A DNA stretch of 64,000 nucleotides from Waddliaceae bacterium (GTDB taxonomy: Bacteria; Chlamydiota; Chlamydiia; Chlamydiales; SLOH01). How positions within the stretch are numbered: position 1 is the stretch's first letter; every line of letters begins with the position of its first letter. Made by a program: the position numbers and the translations under genes. Positions 9,604 through 18,153 of this stretch are shown here, in pieces. The notes beneath the pieces were generated by a model. The model was not told the DNA's origin, ran no database searches, and was given only the letters and a program-made list of their open reading frames with translations. The stretch is taken from contig JBBDJA010000001.1 in the NCBI GenBank assembly GCA_040880105.1, forward strand, positions 96,001 to 160,000. The letters are read 5' to 3'.

Positions 9604-10839
9604 ATGTGCCAAGAACATAAACAACAGTCCTTTTTTAATCTATCGATCGGCATTGCCGCGGTGGCCGGACTGTGTTGTGGATTTTTGGGCTCAGGGATCT
9701 TTAATCCTTTTGCAAAAGTGATCTCCGATATTTTTCTTAATTTGCTTAAGCTTGTCAGCTTGCCGATTATTTTCCTCTCTATTGTCTCAACAGCCTCAGG
9801 AATGGAGAGTCTTGATGAAGTAAAAGTAATAGGAAGAAGAGTCATCCGCTATACATTTTTGACAACAGTGATTGCCGCCTCGATCGCTCTATTCCTATTT
9901 GTGGTCGTCGATCCGGTGCGTGTCTCGTTTGTAGAAGGAGTAGAAGCGACCCATATGTCCTTTCAGGACTACTCCAACCATTTGTTGTCGATCATTCCGA
10001 GTAATATCATTGAGCCTTTTCAAGAAAATAATGTCATTGGTGTGCTCTTTTTAGCCATTCTCTTAAGTTTTGCCATTCTCTCCATACAGAAGGAGAAAAG
10101 GCAGACTTTAAACACCTTTTTCTCCTCAATTTATAGCGCTATAATGAAGATCACCACTTGGATCATTGGCATCATTCCAATTGCCATATGGGCATTTGTT
10201 GTACTCTTTGTCGACGATTTAAGAAATGGACTGCAGATAAGCTCACTTGCTCTTTATTTAATGTGCGTAATGTCGGCAAACATCTTACAAGGATTTGTTG
10301 TTCTTCCTATTCTATTAAAATTTAAAGGCATTTCCCCAATGGAAACCGCGCGCGCCATGTTCCCGGCGCTTTCAGTCGCCTTTTTTAGCAAGTCGTCAAG
10401 CGCAGCTCTTCCCACAGCAATGAAATGCGGTGAGAATAATCTCGGGATCTCATCAAAAGTTGCAAGGTTCACCTTTCCTCTTTGCACAACTATCAATATG
10501 AACGGCTGCGCTGCCTTTATCCTCATTACTGTTCTATTTGTATCGATGAGTAACGGAATGACTTTCTCTCCTATAGAACTTGTTACGTGGATTGGGATTG
10601 CAACGATTGCAGCTGTTGGTAATGCCGGCGTTCCAATGGGTTGCTATTTCATGGCAAGCGCGTTTCTTGCCGCAATGAATGTTCCTCTTAATATTATGGG
10701 AGCCATTCTTCCCTTCTATGCATTTATTGATATGCTGGAAACTGCGATTAATGTCTGGTCAGATTCTTGCGTCGCTGCAATTGTAGACAAAGAAGTGACG
10801 GAATTAGAAACCGCTACTCTGCAACCTGTTAGCAGTTGA
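9604..10839 (+). CDS. Dicarboxylate/amino acid:cation symporter (DAACS family)
   Basis: Polytopic membrane protein with AFFSKSSSAALP, PLCTTINMNG, AVGNAGVP and DMLETAINVWSD motifs. Confidence 0.93.
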   Translation: MCQEHKQQSFFNLSIGIAAVAGLCCGFLGSGIFNPFAKVISDIFLNLLKLVSLPIIFLSIVSTASGMESLDEVKVIGRRVIRYTFLTTVIAASIALFLFVVVDPVRVSFVEGVEATHMSFQDYSNHLLSIIPSNIIEPFQENNVIGVLFLAILLSFAILSIQKEKRQTLNTFFSSIYSAIMKITTWIIGIIPIAIWAFVVLFVDDLRNGLQISSLALYLMCVMSANILQGFVVLPILLKFKGISPMETARAMFPALSVAFFSKSSSAALPTAMKCGENNLGISSKVARFTFPLCTTINMNGCAAFILITVLFVSMSNGMTFSPIELVTWIGIATIAAVGNAGVPMGCYFMASAFLAAMNVPLNIMGAILPFYAFIDMLETAINVWSDSCVAAIVDKEVTELETATLQPVSS

Positions 10840-10844
10840 AGCTC

Positions 10845-11318
10845 TTAGTATCTGTATTGTTTTTTAAAATGCAGATACAAAAGAGAGAGCAAAACGATCG
10901 GCAGAATCAAATCTTGGAACCATACAAATAGCCCAATGTTGTAAGGGGCATCATTACCTTTTGAGTATTCGATTAAGTGACCAAAAAAGGCGCCGAATAG
11001 AAATACGCTATACCCGACAATTGTCGCAAGCCAGAACTTTCTCTGGAACCAAAGCGACATAACCCCAAGAACACCAAATGCTAGATTTGCCATTCCTACT
11101 TCGAATTGGAACGGGCTTCCGGGAGCCCAGCCAATGAGAGCCGCCGTTTGGTTTGGAATGATCGTATGTGCATAGCACGCCATAAACCCAAAAATTCCAA
11201 CATTGAAGAAGAGTAAACTCCCAAGTACAATATCCACCCAGTCTTCCCATCTACTGTACATCTGCATAAAAATGGCGGCTACTATCAGGGCAATAATAAA
11301 AATGACGAGGGGCAACAT
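10845..11318 (-). CDS. Membrane protein, DUF6790-like
   Basis: Several TM helices with IGWAPGSPFQFEVGMANLAFG and GNDAPYNIG; GGAG SD upstream. Confidence 0.7.
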   Translation of the reverse strand: MLPLVIFIIALIVAAIFMQMYSRWEDWVDIVLGSLLFFNVGIFGFMACYAHTIIPNQTAALIGWAPGSPFQFEVGMANLAFGVLGVMSLWFQRKFWLATIVGYSVFLFGAFFGHLIEYSKGNDAPYNIGLFVWFQDLILPIVLLSLLYLHFKKQYRY

Positions 11319-11510
11319 AAACTCTCCTGTATATAACCTTTATGTAGCTTTAAGTCATATTTAATTTCAATCTGAAACCTTAAAAATTTACTTGTCATAT
11401 AGATTGCAAGAAGTAGCATTCGTAACCAAAAGTACATTTACATAAATGTTAAAACAATTTTGGATTTGTGAAGTTAAGAGAAAAAAGATAGCTTCTAAAA
11501 GCTGCATAGA

Positions 11511-11538
11511 AAAAAGGCGCACACCGGAAATGTGCGCC
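11511..11538 (-). terminator. Intrinsic terminator after the paralogue array
   Basis: GGCGCACA-7 nt-TGTGCGCC stem preceded by an A-run (U-tract on the minus strand), about 20 nt past the stop at 11560. Confidence 0.8.
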
Positions 11539-11559
11539 CAGCAACTCGGGTAATTTTAC

Positions 11560-11931
11560 TTACTCATTTGGCTTTACGGCGTTTTTCATCATGATAATAG
11601 CTGAAGTTGCTGCTTTATTCGTTCTCTCAATAAACTGCATATCTAATCCATAAGGACTTTTGATAAAACGACACGGAAGGAACAATAGTGCAGCAAGAGT
11701 GAATGAAATGATTGCCCCTGCTACAGAAAGTAGACTTAGGGATGCCAAAGCGATAAATGTGATCACTTTTTCTGCAATGTGATTGTAACCTTCATCAGGA
11801 TTCAAATCCCGCCAATCTAACAACTTGTTTCTAGCTGCATTTAATCGTCCTTCTGGGCCTTCTTGAAATTATTTTGTTTCTGTACAATAAAAAAATGGTG
11901 TGTTTACTAGTTGTTTAGAAGATATTATCAT
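11560..11931 (-). pseudogene. Hydrophobic-hairpin (Inc-like) family A paralogue with an in-frame stop
   Basis: ATG at 11931 reads MIISSKQLVNTPFFYCTETK*FQEGPEGRLNAARNKLLDWRD..., in frame with track ORF 11560..11823. TAA at 11869-11871. Family motifs TPxFY and DWR lie on either side of the stop. Confidence 0.75.
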
Positions 11932-12150
11932 AATTATTTTCTTTGTTGTTTTTTTTTATAGTTTTTTATAATAACATAAAAATTTATTTAAGTAAATCAT
12001 TTTATAGTTGGTATAAATGATAGGAAGAACTCAATTTAGATTCATTTGAATATAGTATCGGGAGGATGAAAGAATTGTAATTTTTTGCTTTGTTGACGTG
12101 AAAATTTCAATACTGTTGTAATACTAATGTTTTTAGACTACTTTCATCAA

Positions 12151-12359
12151 TTATTCTTCAATTAATTGCATACATCCATATTCTATCATATTAAAGGGTA
12201 GATGTTCCGAACGCTAAAAAGTTGAGTCAGGAATGATAGTTGGTTATAAGGGGGAGATTTAATAGCACTCCCAATATATTTTACACAATTCGCCGCCTTG
12301 CTAGCGAATCTAGCACATAATCCTTGGGTTTCAGAAGGGATTGGTGTAATTGCACTCAT
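12151..12359 (-). pseudogene. Deleted and frameshifted remnant of a family A paralogue
   Basis: 12148-12205 matches 12500-12557 at 52/58 nt (encodes ..MIEYGCMQLIEE* versus ..MIKYGYMQLIEE*). The ATG at 12359 opens a different frame containing QGLCARFASKA. Confidence 0.7.
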
Positions 12360-12502
12360 GTAAACCTTATTTTATTTTTTTATTATCTTTAGTTTAATTA
12401 TAGTTTGTCTTTGTAAGTATTTAATTAATGGTTTGTGAAAAATTCGATTTATTCAGCAAAATTCGACTGCTGGGTCTTTACCTTGCAGGCGAAATGTCGC
12501 AA

Positions 12503-12931
12503 TTATTCTTCAATTAATTGCATATATCCATATTTTATCATAATGAAGGATAGATATGCCGCCCTACAGGTTCTTGCTAGAAGCTCTTTATCAACTCGAT
12601 CCTCCCATGAAGTTAACCCTATGGGTGATGCAACGCTCATTAATGTAAATGCGATAGAGGCAAGAGTGAAAGAGGTAACTGTTTCTGCTAGAGACAGTAG
12701 AAATAGGCTGTTAGAAGCAATAAATGTTACGACTTTTGCCCCTATCTTACACATGGTACTGCTTTGGCCCTCTCTCCATTCAAATACTCTTTCCACATGT
12801 CTACCGAATGCACCATATTCTGCGATATCATCTTCATTGTAAGATAAATAAAAAAGTGGGGTATTTATGGGTGTCGGAATAAAGTCTATTGAATCATGAA
12901 ATTGAGTATATTTTATGTTTAAGCACATCAT
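12503..12931 (-). CDS. Hydrophobic-hairpin (Inc-like) family A protein
   Basis: NTPLFY, FEWREGQSS, KIGAKVVTFIA..LSLAETVTSFTLA long hydrophobic block shared with its neighbours. Confidence 0.75.
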   Translation of the reverse strand: MMCLNIKYTQFHDSIDFIPTPINTPLFYLSYNEDDIAEYGAFGRHVERVFEWREGQSSTMCKIGAKVVTFIASNSLFLLSLAETVTSFTLASIAFTLMSVASPIGLTSWEDRVDKELLARTCRAAYLSFIMIKYGYMQLIEE

Positions 12932-12937
12932 TTTTTG

Positions 12938-13339
12938 TTAAAAAGTCAACTGATAGAATGCGTCTGAAATCATGTAATAGGATAGGTCGAATGCAAACCT
13001 GCTTCTAGTTATCAGTTGATCGCTAATTCTACTATTTTTCATGACTAAACGTGCAGTAGTTGTCAAAGCAGCTAGAGCAAGCGAGGTTACAGACTCTGCT
13101 AGCGTCAATACGCTTGTAGCCGTTAAAACAATCAGCACAACAACTTTTCCTCCCAATCTACCGCATATACTTTGTTGATTTTCCCTCCAATCAAACAGCT
13201 GTTGAATAGGTTTACCTAAAGCTCCAGGCTTAATTGTATCGTTACCAGGGTAAAAGAGTGGGGTTGAAAGAGTTGGTAATTCATTAAAAGTAGGTGTACT
13301 CACAATTTTGCTCCTTTTCTGTTTAAGAGGAGCTATCAT
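12938..13339 (-). CDS. Hydrophobic-hairpin (Inc-like) family A protein
   Basis: STPLFY, FDWRENQQS, RLGGKVVVLIVLTATSVLTLAESVTSLALA. Confidence 0.75.
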   Translation of the reverse strand: MIAPLKQKRSKIVSTPTFNELPTLSTPLFYPGNDTIKPGALGKPIQQLFDWRENQQSICGRLGGKVVVLIVLTATSVLTLAESVTSLALAALTTTARLVMKNSRISDQLITRSRFAFDLSYYMISDAFYQLTF

Positions 13340-13573
13340 ATTTAAATTCTAATATTCGTCAAACTATAATCTATTGTCTCATTGCAGTTTCTGCAGATAC
13401 CTGACCAGTTATTATGCTTCCGCCCATTGAATTTAAAGTATAGTCTTTAGAATTAAGGTACTGAAATTCCTAAAGCAAATGAACCTGCTATATTGCAGTT
13501 TTACGAACGAGGTGTCATTGTGAATGGGTTTTTTCAGCGTATAAGTGAGATTTTAATCGAGTAAGTAATTTGT

Positions 13574-13603
13574 AACAAGGCGCACAATTCAAGTGCGCCT
13601 GTT
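13574..13603 (-). terminator. Stem-loop after the first family A gene
   Basis: AGGCGCAC-7 nt-GTGCGCCT, same GGCGCAC/GTGCGCC stem as at 11516-11538; weak U-tract. Confidence 0.65.
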
Positions 13604-13615
13604 AATAAATTGACT

Positions 13616-13954
13616 TTATTTTGCTATTCGAGCGTTTGGTTGTATGAATATACTCATCATCATGGGAAGAATTGCTTCTGCTGCATTTTCACTTCTTTTC
13701 AGTAACTTACCTGTAAGCTCACTTTTAGGTAGTACAACATAAGATATAAGCGCAAGCGCAAGAGATGTAATTGCTTCTGCTAATGATAATACACTTGCAG
13801 TTGTCATGGCAATCCCTGTGACGAAATGTGCTCCTAATTTGGCAGCATTACTTCCTTGATTATCTCTCCAATCAATCAATTTATCTAGGGGTTGAACGAA
13901 TAGACCATCTTCGTTACCCATCATATCCGCATGAAATAGTGACGTGCTTACCAT
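13616..13954 (-). CDS. Hydrophobic-hairpin (Inc-like) family A protein
   Basis: STSLFH, IDWRDNQGS, KLGAHFVTGIAMTTASVLSLAEAITSLALA; AAGGAGA SD and a consensus promoter upstream. Confidence 0.8.
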   Translation of the reverse strand: MVSTSLFHADMMGNEDGLFVQPLDKLIDWRDNQGSNAAKLGAHFVTGIAMTTASVLSLAEAITSLALALISYVVLPKSELTGKLLKRSENAAEAILPMMMSIFIQPNARIAK

Positions 13955-13998
13955 TATTATTCTCCTTGTTTATGTTTATAATTATTAAAGCAAATTTT

Positions 13999-14027
13999 AT
14001 TATATTGTAATTTTTTATTTATGTCAA
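13999..14027 (-). promoter_or_regulatory. Perfect sigma70/sigma66-type promoter
   Basis: Minus strand TTGACA (14027-14022), 17 nt spacer, TATAAT (14004-13999), 45 nt upstream of the ATG at 13954. Confidence 0.85.
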
Positions 14028-14231
14028 TGTTCTTTTAAATTAATTGTAGTTATTTAATGTTTTTTTAATTACAGAAATGTTCGAAAATATAACATTTTTT
14101 AATCTTTATTGTATCTAATAACAATACAATCTAGTTAATTAATAATTTAATTTTATTAATCCGGAAGAAAGGTTTATATTTAAAATTATATCTATGCACG
14201 GCTTTGATTTAGCAAAATATTATCAAAAAAC

Positions 14232-16832
14232 CTACAAAAGAGTGTTTAAAAACTCTGCCAGGTGAATAGATCTTCTTCCTGTACCCAATAGGATTTGAGA
14301 ACGGCAGGAAAATCCGCTTGATATGACAGGGTGGTTAGCCTTTCGAATATGGGGGAGCAATACTAGCTCGCCGATATTCCGTGAAATCTCGGCATGCTCA
14401 GCTTCGTACCCAAAAGAGCCTGCCATACCGCAGCATCCCGAAGGAATAGGGTCAACTGTAAGGCCGGGGACTTTTTTGAGAAGCTGAAGGGTCGGGTCCT
14501 CACCAATGAGAGACTTTTGATGGCAGTGGGTATGAAGAGAGACTCTTTGGGGGTGAGATTGAATAGAAAGCTGATCCATATAGGGAAGTAAAAACTCCTC
14601 TAATGTCAGGCATTTTATATCTAGATCGTCCCTTAAAGTAAAGAGGCAGCTCGGCTCAAGGCCAATTATGGGCAAATGCGCATATGGTGCCAGCATTTCC
14701 TTAACTCTCTCTCCCTTTTTAAAGGCTGAATCGAGAAATCCCTTACTAAGTGAGGGTCTTGAGCAGCAAGTCCAGGGGGGAACAATGACTTCAAATTCAA
14801 GCTTTTGAAGAATGGAGATTGCTGCAAGGCCAATTTCCGGATTATGAAACTCTGTGAAAGTGTCATTATATAAAACAACTGTACCTTTGGGATTTTCTAA
14901 TTTAGGCAGTGTATAGGAAGAAAAGCGCTGTTTAGAAAATGGGGGGAGCGGCTTGTCTTTTGCAATTCCAAGTAGATGAAGCGGCATTTTGTTTGCTAGA
15001 GCTCTAAATGGGTAGATGTATGGATAGAGGTCAGGCAGATGAGCAAATAATCGATCGCGAAGAGATGGGGAGTGTTTTTTGTAGTAGTGATATAGAAATT
15101 CACTTTTCATCTTGGCCATGTCGATATGGCTTGGACATTCTGTCTTGCAACCTTTACACGAGATACAAAGCTCCATTACCTTATACATCTCTTTAGAGGC
15201 AAGGGCAGAAAGGGGGAGTTTGCCATTGATAATCGATCTAAGAGCCTGTGCGCGTGCGCGGGTAGAGTGAAATTCGCTGTTTGTAACCTGGAAAGAGGGG
15301 CACATGATGCCCTCTTTTTTTCGGCACTGTCCATTTCCATTGCATAAATCGACAGCAAGAGAAAATCCACCGTCAAATGTTTGTTTGGTCTCGATCTGGT
15401 TGATTTTTGTGGCCGGAGATAAGCGAAGATTTTCCTCAAGCGGGGGGCCATCTACAATTTTCCCGGGATTCATTTTATTCAAGGGATCAAAAGCTCTTTT
15501 GACTTGGATAAAAATGTCGTATAGATCTTTTCCAAACATCTGCTCGTTAAGCCAGGTGCGGATGAGCCCATCCCCATGTTCACCACTCATGGCACCACTA
15601 AACTTTTTAACAAGACGGGCAGTTGCGTCCATTAGACTGCGCATGCGGAGAAGTTCATCTTGTTTTCTCAAGTCGATGTAGGGACGGATATGGAGGCATC
15701 CGGCTCCGGCATGTCCATAAACTCCGGCATTGTGACCGAGGATTGGCAGGAGCTCTTTCATAAAGGCGCTTAACTGTTTTGGTGGGACGGAAATGTCTTC
15801 TATGAAGGCAATGGCTCTTTGGTAGGAGCGCTTGGAAAGCAGGAGGCCAAGTCCGGCCTTGCGGACTGCCCATATCGACTGAATGGTTTCGGGGTCTTTG
15901 ATGAGGTTTTCGTTGTCAATCGGATACTCAACAACAAGAAGAGCTTTAGGTATCTCTTTCAACCAGGGAAGCGGCTTTCGTACAGCTTTTAGAATATTCT
16001 CGTCTATGAGTTCAATTGAGAAGGGGTTTTCCTCAAGAAGGTTTGCCGCTTGATCAAGAGCTGCTTCTATTGAGTGAAAAGGAAGAAGGCGAAGGCCGCT
16101 CTCAGGGAGCGCTTTTGATACCTTTAATTTCATTTTTGTGATGATACCAAGCGTCCCTTCTGATCCTGCAATTAGTTTTGCGAGATTGACTCTGTCCGGT
16201 CGAATCAACTCATCGAGATTGTAGCCTGAGACGCGTCTGGGTAGCTTTGGAAAATGCTCTTTGATAAGGTGACCCTTTTTATTACGTATGTCCAGAAGCG
16301 CTTGATGAATCGGACATCTCTGCGCCTTTTGTTCCCAAGTGGGGATATCAATTTCTTCAAAGGTAATGATTTCGCCTGTGCTCATTAAGAGATCGACAGA
16401 GAGGATGTGATCGCGCATGGAGCCATAGACAAGCGAGTGGCTACCGGCAGCGTTGTTTGCGAGCATTCCACCAAGGGTCGCGCGGTTGCCGGTAGAGGTG
16501 TCGGGGCCAAGACGATATCCTTTGGGAAGCGCATGGTTCAGATCATCTTGGATGACGCCCGGCTCGCACTCAACGCTTTCGTTTGATATCTTTTCAATTG
16601 CTGTGAAATGCTTTGACAGATCAATCACAACACCTTCTCCGAGGCAGCCCCCTGTAATTCCAGTTGCAGCACCTCTTGGAATGACTGTTTTTACGTGTTT
16701 GACGACTTGAATCAAATCATCTATGGATTCTGGGATATAAACAGCTTCCGGGCAGACTTCATAAATAGAAGCATCAACGCTGTACACGCTTCTAGTGATT
16801 GGATCTTTGATCAACTTACCGTTGAAAGTCAT
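14232..16832 (-). CDS. FAD-linked oxidase / Fe-S oxidoreductase (YdiJ / GlcD-GlcF fusion type)
   Basis: YSVDASIY, PRGAATGITG, ATLGGMLANNA, GSEGTLG, GHAGAGCLH, SGEHGDG, CNGNGQC, CISCKGCKTECP, CCGMAGSFGY. Likely start ATG 16832 overlapping astB. Confidence 0.9.
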   Translation of the reverse strand: MTFNGKLIKDPITRSVYSVDASIYEVCPEAVYIPESIDDLIQVVKHVKTVIPRGAATGITGGCLGEGVVIDLSKHFTAIEKISNESVECEPGVIQDDLNHALPKGYRLGPDTSTGNRATLGGMLANNAAGSHSLVYGSMRDHILSVDLLMSTGEIITFEEIDIPTWEQKAQRCPIHQALLDIRNKKGHLIKEHFPKLPRRVSGYNLDELIRPDRVNLAKLIAGSEGTLGIITKMKLKVSKALPESGLRLLPFHSIEAALDQAANLLEENPFSIELIDENILKAVRKPLPWLKEIPKALLVVEYPIDNENLIKDPETIQSIWAVRKAGLGLLLSKRSYQRAIAFIEDISVPPKQLSAFMKELLPILGHNAGVYGHAGAGCLHIRPYIDLRKQDELLRMRSLMDATARLVKKFSGAMSGEHGDGLIRTWLNEQMFGKDLYDIFIQVKRAFDPLNKMNPGKIVDGPPLEENLRLSPATKINQIETKQTFDGGFSLAVDLCNGNGQCRKKEGIMCPSFQVTNSEFHSTRARAQALRSIINGKLPLSALASKEMYKVMELCISCKGCKTECPSHIDMAKMKSEFLYHYYKKHSPSLRDRLFAHLPDLYPYIYPFRALANKMPLHLLGIAKDKPLPPFSKQRFSSYTLPKLENPKGTVVLYNDTFTEFHNPEIGLAAISILQKLEFEVIVPPWTCCSRPSLSKGFLDSAFKKGERVKEMLAPYAHLPIIGLEPSCLFTLRDDLDIKCLTLEEFLLPYMDQLSIQSHPQRVSLHTHCHQKSLIGEDPTLQLLKKVPGLTVDPIPSGCCGMAGSFGYEAEHAEISRNIGELVLLPHIRKANHPVISSGFSCRSQILLGTGRRSIHLAEFLNTLL

Positions 16833-18153
16833 ACACTTTGCCAAGGGATAATATCGTTGTCAGTTCATCTAGCGCTCTTTGTGTCTCATCGACAAGTTTG
16901 GGGTCATGTAAATCGTTTGAGCGGATTTCTTCTCTAAAATGTGTTTCGATCCAACGTTTCAATCGAGTATAGAGTGTGTCCGTAAGAAAAACGTTCGCTT
17001 TGATTGCGGAGATTTGAAGGTCGCTTAAGGGGAGTCGAAAGCGGGTGCATGCCGGGCCGCCGCCATTTTTCATGCTCTCTTTGAGGTTGACGTAGTGTAC
17101 TTCGCGGATTGGGTTATCACTATTTGCGATCAAATGGTCAAGATATCTGGAAACAACTATCTGCTCTTGACATTCAGTTGGAGAGATGATCGCCATTGCT
17201 TCATCGGGGAGAGTAATAATCTGAGAGTTAAAAAGATAGGTACTAACTGCTTGGCGCAAAGAGACCTCCTCCTCTTTAACTTCAATGACTTGAAGTGTGC
17301 CTTCGCACTCATTTGCAAATGCATTTCTTAGGTTATTTAACACTTCAATTTGGTTTGTGAAGGCATTCTCGTGACAAAAGAAGAGATTCTGATTACTGAC
17401 TGCAATCACATCATTATGAAACACGCCTGCATCGATTGCTTCGGCTGACTGCTTGGCGAACAGTAAACGGTTCGGTAGAACCTTATGGAGGCGGGCGATT
17501 GCTTGTGAGGCAGCAAGCGTTTGGCGGGCTGGGAATTTTGTCTCTCTTTGATTGATTCCCGTGCCGTACACAAATAAATGTACTCCCGGCTCTCCGTATG
17601 CACGGCAAAAACGGGTGTGGTTGGCTGCTCCTTCGTCGGAAAAAAGAGCCCCGCTTGGAAGTGGATCATGAACTGTAAAATAGAGAGGGTCTGCAAAAAT
17701 GGCTTTTAGTATTCTAGTTGTCGCTTCTGCCTCAATAGATCGATGAAAGTTTGCACTTAGATTGGCAGGTGTCAGATGGACATGCTCATCTTGGGTGTCA
17801 ATGGCGGCTGTCACACTTGCGATATTGGCAGCCCACATAGGAGAGGCAGAGGAGACAGCAAGGAGAAGATTAGGGTCTTCCTTATACGCTTTTTCAGGAA
17901 GTTGATTATCTGGTCCTGTAAACCCGATTCTGCGAAGGGTAGCTAGGTGCGGCCTCTCGTGAGGAGGCAGGACGGCTTGACGCAGCCCTAGATCCATAAG
18001 GAGTTTCATTTTCTCAAGCGATTGTAGGGCTGCTTGTTTGGGATAGGCGCATGCGCCTTTATGGCTTTGACTTGCGAGGTTGCCAAGAGCCAGCCCTGCG
18101 AAATTATGTGTCGGACCCACGAGGGCATCAAAGTTCACCTCTGTTGCTGTCAT
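16816..18153 (-). CDS. astB: N-succinylarginine dihydrolase
   Basis: EVNFDALVGPTHNFAGL, SSASPMWAAN, DEGAANHTR, GVFHNDVIAV, ESMKNGGGPAC, C-terminal YDFQR. Confidence 0.96.
   Translation of the reverse strand: MTATEVNFDALVGPTHNFAGLALGNLASQSHKGACAYPKQAALQSLEKMKLLMDLGLRQAVLPPHERPHLATLRRIGFTGPDNQLPEKAYKEDPNLLLAVSSASPMWAANIASVTAAIDTQDEHVHLTPANLSANFHRSIEAEATTRILKAIFADPLYFTVHDPLPSGALFSDEGAANHTRFCRAYGEPGVHLFVYGTGINQRETKFPARQTLAASQAIARLHKVLPNRLLFAKQSAEAIDAGVFHNDVIAVSNQNLFFCHENAFTNQIEVLNNLRNAFANECEGTLQVIEVKEEEVSLRQAVSTYLFNSQIITLPDEAMAIISPTECQEQIVVSRYLDHLIANSDNPIREVHYVNLKESMKNGGGPACTRFRLPLSDLQISAIKANVFLTDTLYTRLKRWIETHFREEIRSNDLHDPKLVDETQRALDELTTILSLGKVYDFQR

Noticed and set aside
12262..12290. CIRCE (HrcA) element suggested by TAGCACTC
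   Set aside because: Only a half-site, with no GAGTGCTAA arm 9 nt downstream, and it lies inside a pseudogene remnant.
12435..12842. 135-aa plus-strand ORF in the paralogue island
   Set aside because: Antisense shadow of the 12503-12931 family gene.
13340..13573. Riboswitch or further paralogue remnant in the spacer
   Set aside because: No recognisable aptamer consensus or family motif in any frame; only very short ORFs.
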